In this document: piece after piece, positions 25,818 to 37,238 of the stretch | How the letters are laid out: each line of letters opens with the position of its first letter | Position numbering within the stretch: position 1 is the stretch's first letter | NCBI RefSeq assembly: GCF_004010195.1 | Contig: NC_057712.1 | Span: forward strand, 26,533,688 to 26,597,687 | From: Chiloscyllium plagiosum | Lineage: Eukaryota | DNA length: 64,000 nt | Reading direction: 5' to 3' | Position numbers and translations under genes: made by a program | The notes under the pieces: model-generated | Database searches by the model: none | The model's input: the letters and a program-made list of their open reading frames with translations, nothing else | Told to the model about the DNA's origin: nothing

Positions 25818-27792
25818 TGAAATAATTGCTACAGAGGCTAGTGAGCCATCACCAAGTCACCCTTTATTTACTTATGCACAGGACGCTATCTGTGGCTGGC
25901 CAGCCAGCTCAGAGCCAGTCCCCTGAAATGAGGCAATTCTAAATTCCCTATTAATTTATTTTTCTTCCCTTTCTCCCCCGCCTAACATCAGTAGTGCTTA
26001 TTTTTCCCCAGCACCCATGTTATGTATGTGCAGGTGTCAGACACAGTAAAGAAAATTCCCTGTTAATTTTTTTTTCTTTGTTCCCCCCCCACACTACCAC
26101 CTAAGTGCGGTAGTGCTTATTTTTTTCCCCAGCACCCATGATGTGTGTGTGCAGGTGTGAGACACAGTGAAAGACACAAAGTGCATGAATTCCACCACCA
26201 GGAAGATAGGAAAACACCCGGGTGGCCAGTGACAAACACTGCCCTTCACATCAAAGGGCAGTGCTGTGTGAACAAAACAGTGAAGGGGAGGGTAGGGACT
26301 AAATCAAAATAGAATTGGACGGAGAAATGATGCACTCCACTCCCTCAGACCTGCCCTCCCTCCTCCGTATCGGGTGCCCAAAGATCAGGAGCGTGAGACT
26401 GAAGTGCAGCCAAAAGCAGAGCAGGAGGTTTTTAAGAAAATCAAAAAGGGAGTGCAAATGCCCACACCCAATATATACATGGTCCACAGACTCCACAGCG
26501 CCACAGAACAAGCAGTTGAATTCCCTGTTAATTTTTTTTTCCTTTTTTTTTCTTAATAATTTAACCCCACACTACCACCTAAGTGTGGTAGTGCTTATTT
26601 TTTCCCCAGCACCCATGGTGTGTGTGTGCAGGTGTGAGACACAGTGAAAGACACAAAGTGCACAAATCTTTATTCAAATTCCACCACCAGGAAGATAGAA
26701 AAACACCCGGGTGACCAGTGACAAACACTGCCCTTCACATCAAAGGGCAGTGCTGCGTGATCAAAACAGTGAAGGGGAGGGTAGGGACTAAATCAAAATA
26801 GAGTTGGAGGGAGAAATAATGTACTCCACTCCCTGCGGCGCCCACCTCTCCCTGAACAACTCCAGGGTGTTGGTCGACACCGCGTGCTCCTTCTCCAAGG
26901 ACACCCGGGCCCTAACGTAACCGCGGAAGAGGGGCAGGCAGGAATTCCCTGTTAATTTTTTATTTTTCTTTTTTTTTTTACACTGCCCTTTACCTCCAAG
27001 GGCAAGCACACCTGTTTTATTTTTCTTCCCCACACTACCACCTAAGTGCAGTAGTGCTTATTTTATCCCCAGCACCCATGGTGTGTATGTGCAGGTCTGA
27101 GACACAGTGGAAAAAAAACTTCTGTTTATTTTTTTTTATTTTAACCCCCACACTACCACCTAAGTGCGGTAGTGCTTATTTTATCCCCAGAACCCATGGT
27201 GTGTGTGTGCAGAGACACAGTGGAAGACACAAAGTGCACCAATCTTTATTCAATTTCCACCACCAGGAAGATAGGAAAACACCCGGGTGGCCAGTGACAA
27301 ACACTGCCCTTCACATCAAAGGGCAGTGCTGTGTGATCAAAACAGTGAAGGGGAGGGTAGGGACTAAATCAAAATAGAATTGGAGGGAGAAATGATGCAC
27401 TCCACTCCCTGCGGCGCCAACCTCTCCATGAACAACTCCAGGGTGTTGGTCGACACCGCGTGCTCCTTCTCCAAGGACACCCGGGCCCTAACGTAACCGC
27501 GGAAGAGGGGCAGGCAGGAATTCCCTGTTAATTTTTTTTTTCAAAATAGAGTTGGGACTTCACATTTCATTTTTTTTTTCTCCTGGTTATTATTTCGAGT
27601 CCTTGCGCAAACACCCAAGTGGCCTGTGACAAGCAGTCTCCAAGGACACCCGGGCCCTAACGTAACCGCGGAAGAGGGGCAGGCAGGAATTCCCTGTTAA
27701 TATTGGTCAGCCACTGCCTCCTGATTGGCCCAGGTTAACAACCCCTGTCAAGGACCTCATAGTCAATGAGGTCTACCTGTTTCCAATCCACA
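25818..27792 (-). mobile_element. Solo LTR (Gypsy-like), about 230 bp, split by the Tx1 array
   Basis: On the minus strand: TG start near 27792, CCAAT box (CCAATCAGG, 27720-27728), TATA-like AATATTAACAGG (27693-27704), AATAAA (25863-25868), and end ...TTATTTCA at 25818. Confidence 0.75.
25942..27701 (-). mobile_element. Tandem array of 5'-truncated Tx1-clade LINE 3' ends (family A)
   Basis: Repeated polyA-tailed units. The ORF2 C-terminus includes the CCHC finger CLFCGAVESVDHVYIGC and CLPLFRGYVRARVSLEKEHAVSTNTLELFRERWAPQGVECIISPSNSILI*. The spacer AATTCCCT(G/A)TTAAT occurs six times. Confidence 0.9.
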
Positions 27793-28847
27793 TTCCACAT
27801 TCCTATCCATCCCCAATAATCTTTGATACCTCATCTGATAAGAAGCTATCCCCCTCATTCTTAAGAAGGTTCAAAAACCCTGATTCCACCACTTTCTGAG
27901 GCAGAACCATCCAATGTCATACAATCCTCAGAGAATACGTTCTCATAAAGATCTTGGAATATGGTAGCTAGTGTGAAGAAAAAGGGGATGTGATTTCGAC
28001 ACCAATCCACTCCGCTGCTGACTATGGGGAATCCTGGCCTTGACTAGATTATTCCAAGTGAGAAAACTCCCAAGCTAGAATTTCATGCAAAGAACTGTTC
28101 CAAACATAAGTGTATACATTTTATTTGGTCAGAAAATTGAAGCCTATAAGTCAATAATGTCAGGTTGGTTGTTTTTGAAATGGTGCAGGTCACAAATCAA
28201 TGAATCAAACTTAAAGAGAGTTCAACTATCTGAGTTACAGTTTGAATCAGGAATTCAAGATTTGGAAAGGGTATTCAACCTGTGGAATAAATTATCAGAG
28301 TTGGTCATTGAGTCAGGCAGTATTAATGCCCTTGAGACAACTTTGTCTGTTTTCTCGGTTGGCGGAATGGCTAGGAAGATGGTGAGAATATTGAGTGTGA
28401 GCTATCAAAAAAAAAGATAAAATTGTTGGGGTTTAATAATCTCCTCCTATCTCTTTGAAATCATTTGTTAATCTTGTTTTGAAATTTCATGTAACATTTC
28501 ATATCTTTTCATGCCATTAATGTGTGGGAGGAATGAAGTTGAGAATGTCACACTTCCATCTTCTCAAGAATAGGGGTGAGATTTCACTTGTTCAGCATTT
28601 CTAGCACATTCAGTCACATTATCTAAGATTTGTTTTCCAAAGTGAAATACAGAGAAAACCTTCCCTTATGAAATCTGTGTGTATCTAATTCACCATCTCT
28701 ATTGTAGCACTGAAGCAATTAATTTAATAGTATAATATACTTGAAGTTGGAGGATGGGGTAAGTTAAATTTATGGCAAACTTACAAATGTAAAAAGCTAA
28801 ACATTACTGCAGGTAATCTTATCATTCAAAAATTCATGATCTCCTTT

Positions 28848-29235
28848 AGAGCAGATGAGCCTGAGAGGAGACCTGATAGAGATGCTTAAGATTACAAGGG
28901 TTATGGACAAGGTGAATAGAAAACAGCTGTTCCCCTTAGTTGAAAGGTCAATAACAAGAGGGCATAATTTTAAGGTGAAAGGCAAGAGCTTAAGGGGATT
29001 GTGGAAAAGGATTTTCACCCAGAGGATGGTAGGAATCTGGAATACATTACCCAGGTGAGTAAGAGGCAGGAAATATCAATTTTTGAAAAGTACTTGGATG
29101 AGCACTTGAAATGCTATAACATTCGAGGCTCTGGGACAACCACTGGAAGGTGGGACTTGTGTAGATTTAGAGTTTTTATATTGGTGGAGACACGATGGGC
29201 TAAGATCCTCTTCTGTTCTATGTGATCCTATGAAA
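28848..29235 (+). mobile_element. CR1 LINE 3' end
   Basis: LRGDLIEMLKI...TRGHNFKV...FTQRMVGIWNTLP. Confidence 0.88.
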
Positions 29236-29809
29236 CTCTCAAATCAAACTAAAGAAAAAGGAGTACATCTCTATTAAAATACTAAACATTTTCATTGTAT
29301 GCTCTTGGCAGGTTGAAATTAATGCAGAAGATCAGCCACTTTTTTATTGAATGGCATGACAGGTTTGAGGGCCATACGGTAGATTCCTATTCCTTATGTT
29401 CTTAATAGTAATTTTCATATCATGGAATTATGCCTTCAGGACATGCAGCAGCATATCTGTATTTAACTACAAACAGAACCTAATTCCTTTGTAATTATTG
29501 TCTGTCTCGAAGAAAGAATTTTATTTTGTTCCATACATTTCTCTATCATCACCTTATTGTGTTATTAAGGATTAGATATCTACAAAGATCTGCTTGTCAG
29601 GTGTTATGTTGAAGAAAAAATGTTTCATTTCTAAAGCTGCATTTATCTTTCACCTCTTGATGCAATACTAACAATCATAAGCCAAGAACAGCATTGTTGA
29701 CCAGCATTAAATGGAATAAAATTCAGTATCTATTAAACTGTCCTGGTATAAAGATTTTATCCAGCCCTGCATCATATTTCAGTACTGGTCTTGACATTTG
29801 TGGAACATC

Positions 29810-30416
29810 TCATACAGTCAGAGAGTCATAGAGATGTACAGCACAGAAACAGACCCTTCAGTCCAACTCATCTATGCCAACCCGATATCTTAACCTAATC
29901 TAGTCCCATTTGCCAGCATTTAGCCCATGTCCCTCTAAATCCTTCATATTCGTATACCCATTCAGATGACTTTTAAATGCTGTAATTGTACCAGCCTCCG
30001 CCATTTCCTCTAACAACTCATTCCATACATGCACCACCCTCTGCAAGAAAAAGTTGCCCCTAAGGTGGCTTTTCAATTTTCTATGCTCTCCAGTTCTGGA
30101 TTCCCCCGCACTAGGGAAAAGACCTTGCCTATTTACCCTCTCCCTGTCCCTCGCGATTTTATAAACCTCAATAAGGTCACCCCTCAGCCTCTGATGCTCC
30201 AGGGAAAACAACCCTAGCCTATTCAGCCTCTCCCTAAAGCACAAATCCTCCAACCCTGGCATCATCTTTGTAAATCTTTTCTGAACCCTTTCAAGTTTCA
30301 CAACATCCTTTTGATAGGAGGGAGACCAGAATTGCACACAATTTTCCAAAAGTGCCCTAATCAATGGGCTCTGCAGCCAAAGCATGACCGCCCAACTCCT
30401 AAACTCAATCTTCTGA
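29810..30416 (-). mobile_element. CR1 (HER1-like) LINE 3' end
   Basis: CVQFWSPSYQKDVVKLERVQKRFT...GKWD*, followed by the tail. Confidence 0.93.
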
Positions 30417-31671
30417 TGAAGAATGTAAACAAACTGGGCTAAGTACATAAAGCAGATTAGAACACAGATTAGTATTAATTGAGAAATTTGGTGACTCATT
30501 AAGCTTGCACTTTCTATAGACCACATCAAGTCTACTGTTAACGTGAACTCAACACAACCTATTTAACCTGCTACAAACTCGGCTCTGCAATAGATTTTAG
30601 TTCAGTGGTATCAATCGTTCCTCTGAGACTCTGGGCATCTTTCTTTGGTGACAGTTCACTCACACTGATCTATACCCAAATGAACAATACTGTAACAGGT
30701 GAAAAAGGGAACTGCTTTGTGACCTGATGCTATCTTTTGTACATTTTCTCGATTTCTCTAGTGGTGGACTTGGTCAGATCTAAATTATTAAGTTACTTTA
30801 TTGAATATACAGAGTAATTACAATCAGACTCACTCAATTAAATCTAGATTATTTTGTATTATCATACAAAAATAAATAAAGAACTCATCAGACTTGCCCC
30901 AATCACTAAGTGATCTTAAAAATGATGACTAAATTATCCTCAGAAAAATTCTAACCTCAAAGTTAATCAGCCACAGGGAGATGGTGAGTCAAAATGGCAG
31001 GGGGATACATCAGAGTGGGAATTAGATGTCTTCCTGCTACGTAACAAATTTCTCAGGAGCAGAACTGGGAATAAACAAGGTAGACATGGGCAAGCAATTG
31101 AGGCTGTTAAGCCTAGCAATTTGGCAGTAGCAAAACACAATCACCCACTGAGAATTCCAGTACAACTACATATATTTGTAAGAAAGTTTCCAGATACTTT
31201 GAAATTGTGCTCTCCAGGTGCCAGTAGCTGTTGTGAGTACAGGTTGCTCTCCTTTTTTTATTCCTTTGAATGAAATGGCCACTCTGGATGGCATGTTGGT
31301 ATTTGAGCTTTTGAAGGGCATATGCCACCTTGCAGTAATATTTCAACTGAGATCTCAAAACTGTGGAGCCAACCTTACAGGTAATCTGTCATTCTTGCAC
31401 AGATCTCTTGTTAGCACCCTTTCCAATTCCCTCTGTGCACCAACTGTATGAAGGATGTCAACAGCTTCTCAAATTTGTTGTTGCCTCTCTTTGACATGCT
31501 GGAACTTTCTATTGGCTTGTTCTCCCACCAGCTAAATAATAATGTTTGCAGGTGAGGATATCCAAAATTCAATCCTGATGTCAGGACTTTTTCTCAGTTG
31601 CAAAATCCTGCCCTAATACATCTCAGTGAAAGCTCTTCCAGTTTTTTGTGGAAACAATCATCTTCTTTGAG

Positions 31672-31800
31672 TCCTGATGAAGGGTTTTGGCCCAAAACAT
31701 TGACTTTCCTGCTCCCCAGGTGCTATCTGACCTGCTGTGCTCTTCCAGATTCACATCTGTTGACTCTGACTTCCATCATCTGCAGTCCTTACTGTCTCCA
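31672..31800 (+). mobile_element. Penelope terminal fragment with hammerhead motif
   Basis: CCTGATGAAGGGTTTTGGCCCAAAACATTGA...CATCTGCAGTCCTTAC. Confidence 0.8.
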
Positions 31801-32838
31801 TCTTCTTAGCCTTTCTTCAACACAGCCAAACTGCTTACCTGACTCAGCACTTCCAGTGCCTTGTGCATCCCCAGCAAGAACCACATCCCTCAACCATCTA
31901 AAAGATGACCTGACTCTTCTTTGTATTTTATAATTTGGAGGTGCTGGTTTTGGACTGAGTGTACAACTTTGAAAATCATGTAACACCAGATAATAGTCCA
32001 CCAGTTTAATTGGAAGCACTAGCTTCCTTGGAGCGCTGTTCCTTCATCAGGTGGTTTGGAGTCAAACATCGTAGGACACAGAATTTATAGCAAAAGTTTA
32101 CAGTGTGATATAACTGAAATTATATATTGAAAAAGACCTGGATTGTTTGTTAAGTCTCCCATCTTTTAGAATGGGCATGTTGGTTTCAGTTCTTTCATAT
32201 GTAAATTCCAGAACTTTCTTAAAGTTACATTCTCAAGTGAATTTAACAATAGGTGCTATGTTGGCCCAGATAGTGCAGTGAAGGTGGGAGGTGTCATGTG
32301 TGAGGCTGTCTATGCCCCAGTGTTCAGACAATGCAGGAAAGCAGGAAAGATTCCAAAAGGATTACGGATCACGAACCCACTTAAGTCAACCTACAATACA
32401 GGCTACATGTAAAGACTTTGCCACCGCGTAAACTCCTCAATCATCTCATGCACCAACTCTACAGCAGGCGCCACAACCCTGAAATTAAGATGGCGTCCAC
32501 ACTCACAGACTGCACTCAGGATACAGCAGTACAGTTACGGGACATTGCCAAACAGGCAAGGCGACAAAACTACACCACGTATATACATACCAAAAACAAG
32601 AAATTTGGCATCACCACCAGCAATAGCCAAGCCCACCCTGGCACCAAGGTGAAAAACGTTATCACCGTGAGGAAATCGATCGTCAACTTATCAGATCACA
32701 CCCTTCAAGTGGAAGAGATTGAAGTTCTTAGCAGACGTGTCAATTTCTGCCCCACCACCAAAATGGACCCCCATGGGTCTTGCAGCAGACACAGTGGAAT
32801 TCATCAGACGAATGAAAATCCAGGAATTCTTTCAAGAT

Positions 32839-33019
32839 TCAAAGTTTATGAGAAGATTTGTAGCTCGGGTGCTCATTGTTGTGGTTCTGTTCGCCGAGCT
32901 GTGAATTTGTGTGCAGATGTTTCATCCCCTGTCTAGGTGACATCCTCAGTGCTTGGGAGCCTCCTGTGAAGCGCTTCTGTGATGTTTCCTCCAGCAATAA
33001 TAATGGTTTGTCTCTGCCG
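32839..33019 (-). mobile_element. Second-family Penelope 3' end nested in the large Penelope
   Basis: Perfect 10-bp TSD CTTTCAAGAT (32829-32838, 33020-33029) and hammerhead motif CTGAGGA-TGTCACC/GGGGAT-GAAAC (32915-32949). Confidence 0.85.
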
Positions 33020-34756
33020 CTTTCAAGATGCCAGCAGTGATCCCAATAAGCCCACAGAGGAACCGGAACAGTCATCACAGGGATCTGTAGAGAAGTAACC
33101 AAAGAAAGAATTAACTTGACCCCCACTGGAGGGTCACTATCCTGAGCTTGACATGCATGTTCAAAACGTCAGGAAATATATAAATGATCCTCATTGATGT
33201 GGGTTCATCAACCGTACCCACAAGGTAGAGCAAAGCATCACATGATCACAAGGCAACACCATCCATACTCTTAAAACCAATTACAACATTGTCTTCAAAC
33301 CGACAGATAAAGGAGGAGCCATCATCATTCAGAATAGAACAGATTGCTGCAAGGAAGTGTACCGACAACTGAACAACCAGGAACACTACAGGCATCTACT
33401 AGCCAATTCAACCAAAGAGTACACCCGTAAACTAAACACATTGATCAGGATTTTGGCTCCAGTACTTCAGAGTTCCCTACACACCCTCACCCCACATACA
33501 TCTCACGTAGGCAACTTCTACTTCCTTCTGAAGATACACAATGCCAACACATCAGGACATCCCATCATATCAGGCATTGGGACTCTGTGTGAGAACCTCT
33601 CTGGCTATGTCGAAGGCATCTTGAAACCCACTGTACAGGTGACCCCCAGCTTCTGCCACGACGCTACAGATTTCTTACAGAAACTCAGCACCCATGGACC
33701 AGTCGAACCAGGAACATTCCTCGTCACAATGGATGTTTCAGCACTCTACACTAGCATCTCCCACAATGATGGCATCGCGGCAACAGCCTCAGTGCTCAAT
33801 GTAAATCTCTGAGCACTGTCCTACAACTCATCCACTTTATCCTCGACCACAACCTTTTCACCTTTGCAAACCAATTCTTCATCCAGACGCACAGAACAGC
33901 CATGGGGACAAAATTTGCACCCCAATATGCCAACATTTTTATGCACAGGTTTGAACAAGACTTATTCTCTACTCAGGACCTCCAACCAACACTATACACC
34001 AGGTACATTGATGACATTTTCTTCCTCTGGACACATGGATAGGAGTCACTGAAAAAGTTACACAGTGATATCAACAAATTTCATCCCACATCAATGGACT
34101 ACTCTCTACTATCTGTCTCATTCTTGGACACATGCATCTCCATCAAGGATGGGCACCTCAGCACCTCACTCTACCGCAAACCCACAGATAACCTCACAAT
34201 ACTACACTTCTCTAGCTTCCACCCAAAACATATTAAAACAGCTATCCCCTATGGACAAGTCCTACGCAAACACAGCATCTGTTCAGATGAGGGGAAGCAT
34301 GATGGATACTTGGAAGTATACAATCTTGACATGGTAAATGCTGCAAGACGTGTCAGAGTTTCAACACGGATACCACCAGTACACATGGGGACATCTCTCA
34401 CCATGTACGTGGCAGGTTCTCATGTGACTCAGCCAACTCGTCTATCTTATATGTTGCAAACAAGGATGCCCTGAGGCATGGTACATTGGTGAGACCGAGC
34501 AGAGGCAACGGCAATAGATGAATGGACACTGCACAACAATCAACAGACAGGAGTGTTCCCTCCCAGTCGGATAACACTTCAGCGGTCCAGGACACTTGAC
34601 CTCAGACCTTCGGGTGACCATCTTCCAAGGTGGAGATTGGGACAGCCAACAACGAAAAGTGGCCGAGCAGAGGCTGATAGCCAAGTTCGGTACCCATGGG
34701 AATGCCTCAACCGGGACCTTGGGTTCATGTCACGCTACAGATGACACCACTGCACT

Positions 34757-34982
34757 ACACACACATACACACAGATACTTCTACAGACACACTCACACAC
34801 TCCCACAGACCCATACACTCATGCATACCCCTCTCATATACTCACACATACACTCACACAAGCACCCTTTCACAGACTTATACCCCTTTACACACACATA
34901 CACACACATACACATGCTCTCTCACAGACACTCATATCCCCCCCACACCACACACACACACACCCCATGCACACGTACACAT
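34757..34982. repeat. Imperfect (CA)n low-complexity tract in the Penelope 3' UTR
   Basis: Long run of ACAC/ACTC/ATAC units. Confidence 0.9.
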
Positions 34983-35344
34983 ATAAGTTTGTGCGATGAA
35001 TTTGTATTTGCAGAATTACATTTTATTTTGCTCAAAAACTGCTTAAGGTTCTGTAATTCCCTTTATTAGATTAGAATCAGTCTGAACATTGGGGCACAGA
35101 CAGCCTCACATAGGGCACCTCACCTTCACTGCATTATCTGGGCCAACATGGCACCTACTATTAAAGTTCACTTGAGAATGTAACTTTAAGAAAGTTCTGG
35201 GATTTACATATGAAAGAACTGAAACTAACATTCCCATTCTAAAGAGACTTAAACAATCCAGGTCTTTTTCAATATATAATTTCAGTTACATCACACTGTA
35301 AATCTTTGCTATAATTCTGTGTCCTACGATGTTATACTCCACAA

Positions 35345-35380
35345 CCAACTGATGAAGGAGCAGCACTCTGAAAGCTAGTG
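35345..35380 (+). ncRNA. Minimal type I hammerhead ribozyme motif
   Basis: CTGATGA-A-GGAG cagca CTCT-GAAAGCTA-GTG: core boxes, stem II and a palindromic AGCT stem III. Confidence 0.65.
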
Positions 35381-37022
35381 CTTGTAAATAAACCTGTTGG
35401 ACTATAACCTGGTGTCGCGTGATTTTTAACTTATTATTTTGTAGCTATTGTTTCAAAGGCTGATGAAACCTTGTAAAGTAATTGAGATAAACAGAGGTAA
35501 AGGTTTTACTTTACTTCCTGGATGGAGAGAAAAAAGGAAAAAAAAAGTCAAAAATCTTTCTAAGTCACTTATTGAATTCACCATATTTATTTTTGGCTAC
35601 TATCAATGGGAAGAAAATTAGATGTTCCCAGACAGTATTTCTTTTGTCCCTACTGCCTGAGGAGTACTTAGCATACAAGAAGCAATAAAGGTGTCAACTC
35701 TGAAACGTTGCCATGGGGAGGATGGGATTCCCGTATTCTAAAATGTGTATAGCACCTAAACTAATGCAACTAACAACAAAAGATCTTGGTATGAAAAGGG
35801 AAGGTACTCGAAGTTGAATACAATTCTAGTCCATCTTCCAGATCTGGCAACATGGATTTTGTTTTTGAGCAATATGTATACCTTAATCTGTTGAAGAGTT
35901 TATATTATTGTCCTGTGTCACAGGATCCTGAGAGAACACAAAGAGAAGAGGCCTTAATGCTATGGGTTATCGGTTAATGTGCTGCATGATGTCTGACTCC
36001 TTCATTCCTTTCAGCTCCTTTCTTCTGAGCTGAGCAAGCTTCATGGTCGTGGGGCCCCCTGTGCTCCCATCAGTGACCTATGGCTTCAAATTATCCCAAA
36101 TTGCCCGAGAGTAATTGAGCAGTTACGTTTAATTACCAAATACATTGTTAAAGCCCTTCAAGGAGTGAAGGCTCAGGAGCCGACTGAAGCTAATTTTCTA
36201 AACGTAGCAGTAAAAAACAGAGTTATTTTATTTGTGTCACAGGCTGCGCTGATATTATTGTGTCAGATAAAGGTGTATAATAGTGGCACATTTAGTGTCA
36301 CGTCTTTCCAGACTCCTAAAACAACATTATGTTTGGAGTATAAAAACATGTCCTGTGTTTGTAGACGACTGGTCAAAGTGACTCATCTCTACAAGGTCAG
36401 CTAATAACTTCAGTCACTGTTAAAACAACATTAACCTTCCTCAGGGACTGAGCTTACATTTTACACCGTTAAATTTATGGACAAATGTGAAGTAACTTAC
36501 ATTATTTTTTATAAGATAATGCTTTTGGCAAACAGTTCAGCCTTCACTTAGTATTTGAATAAATATGAAAATTGTTCTGTAGAGTTAACTTTCAGATATT
36601 TTCTTCCACATCACAACTTTCGGCTTCATTCCACTGTTGAACAAAAATCATCTGGGCTTCATTTTTCTGCAGTGCCTCCCAGAATAATCAGTTCCCCAGA
36701 TGCAAGGATCAAGAGAAAGAGTAAGAGGCCCACCTCAGTGGATGTCCACTCCATTACCATTGCACTAGGATCTCTAGTGGTTTCCAAAATTGAGAAGAAA
36801 GACGGGCCAGTAGCTATTGCTAGGGGAGAAGAAGACATTCAAATCAGTCAGCGAGGAATTATTCTTGGCTTCTTAACTCATTTTATAGTTTAATATGGAA
36901 ACTCAGCTCAAGAGTTTCCAGGAAACTAAATGCAGTGGCCTTTGAATATAATAGTTTCAGCACAGAACCAGTCAGGATACTATGTAAAAGGGGAAATGAT
37001 GACATAGCGGTAATATCACTGA

Positions 37023-37238
37023 AAAATATGGGACTGAAAAAGTACAGCGGGTCAAGTAGCATTTGAGAAGCAGGAGAATCGACGTTTCGGGCAGAAGCCC
37101 TTCATCAGGAATGTTAGAAGGGCGTATACCCGAAACATTGATTCTCCTGCTCCTCGGATGCAGCCCAATCGGCTGTACTTTTCCAGTGTCACACTGTTCG
37201 ACTCTGATTTCCAGCATCTGCAGTCCTCACTTTCTCCT
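37023..37238. mobile_element. Fold-back mini-element made of two inverted Penelope ends
   Basis: Arms about 37030-37103 and 37117-37190 are reverse complements. 14-bp TSD GGTAATATCA(C/T)TGA (37009-37022, 37239-37252). Confidence 0.88.
37079..37112 (-). ncRNA. Minimal type I hammerhead ribozyme motif (intact core)
   Basis: Minus strand CCTGATGA-A-GGGC ttct GCCC-GAAACGTC-GA, with an ACGT palindromic stem III and a GUC triplet. Confidence 0.75.

Larger units (their letters stand above)
25730..27935 (-). mobile_element. CR1 3' end hosting the solo LTR (pieces 25730-25817 and 27793-27935)
   Basis: CCATTCAGCCCCTCAAG...GGTCATGGCTGA (CR1 3' UTR, antisense) resumes after the LTR with TTCCACATTCC...CCACTTTCTGAGGCAGA. 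Confidence 0.65.
31931..35432 (+). mobile_element. Penelope-like element with inverted pseudo-LTRs
   Basis: SIVNLS, KPTDKGGAI, LVTMDVSALYTSI, GTKFAPQYA, RYIDD, LYRKPT, WYIGET and AEQRLIAKF motifs, with a CA-rich 3' UTR. 31971-32329 is the reverse complement of 35080-35430. Confidence 0.95.

Noticed and set aside
25942-27701. CRISPR-like or satellite array
   Set aside because: The repeated 14-mer separates homologous polyA-tailed LINE ends of unequal length rather than unique spacers. The context is eukaryotic and there are no cas genes.
34596-35069. His/Thr-rich 157-aa protein
   Set aside because: It is the translation of the Penelope end plus the (CA)n tract.
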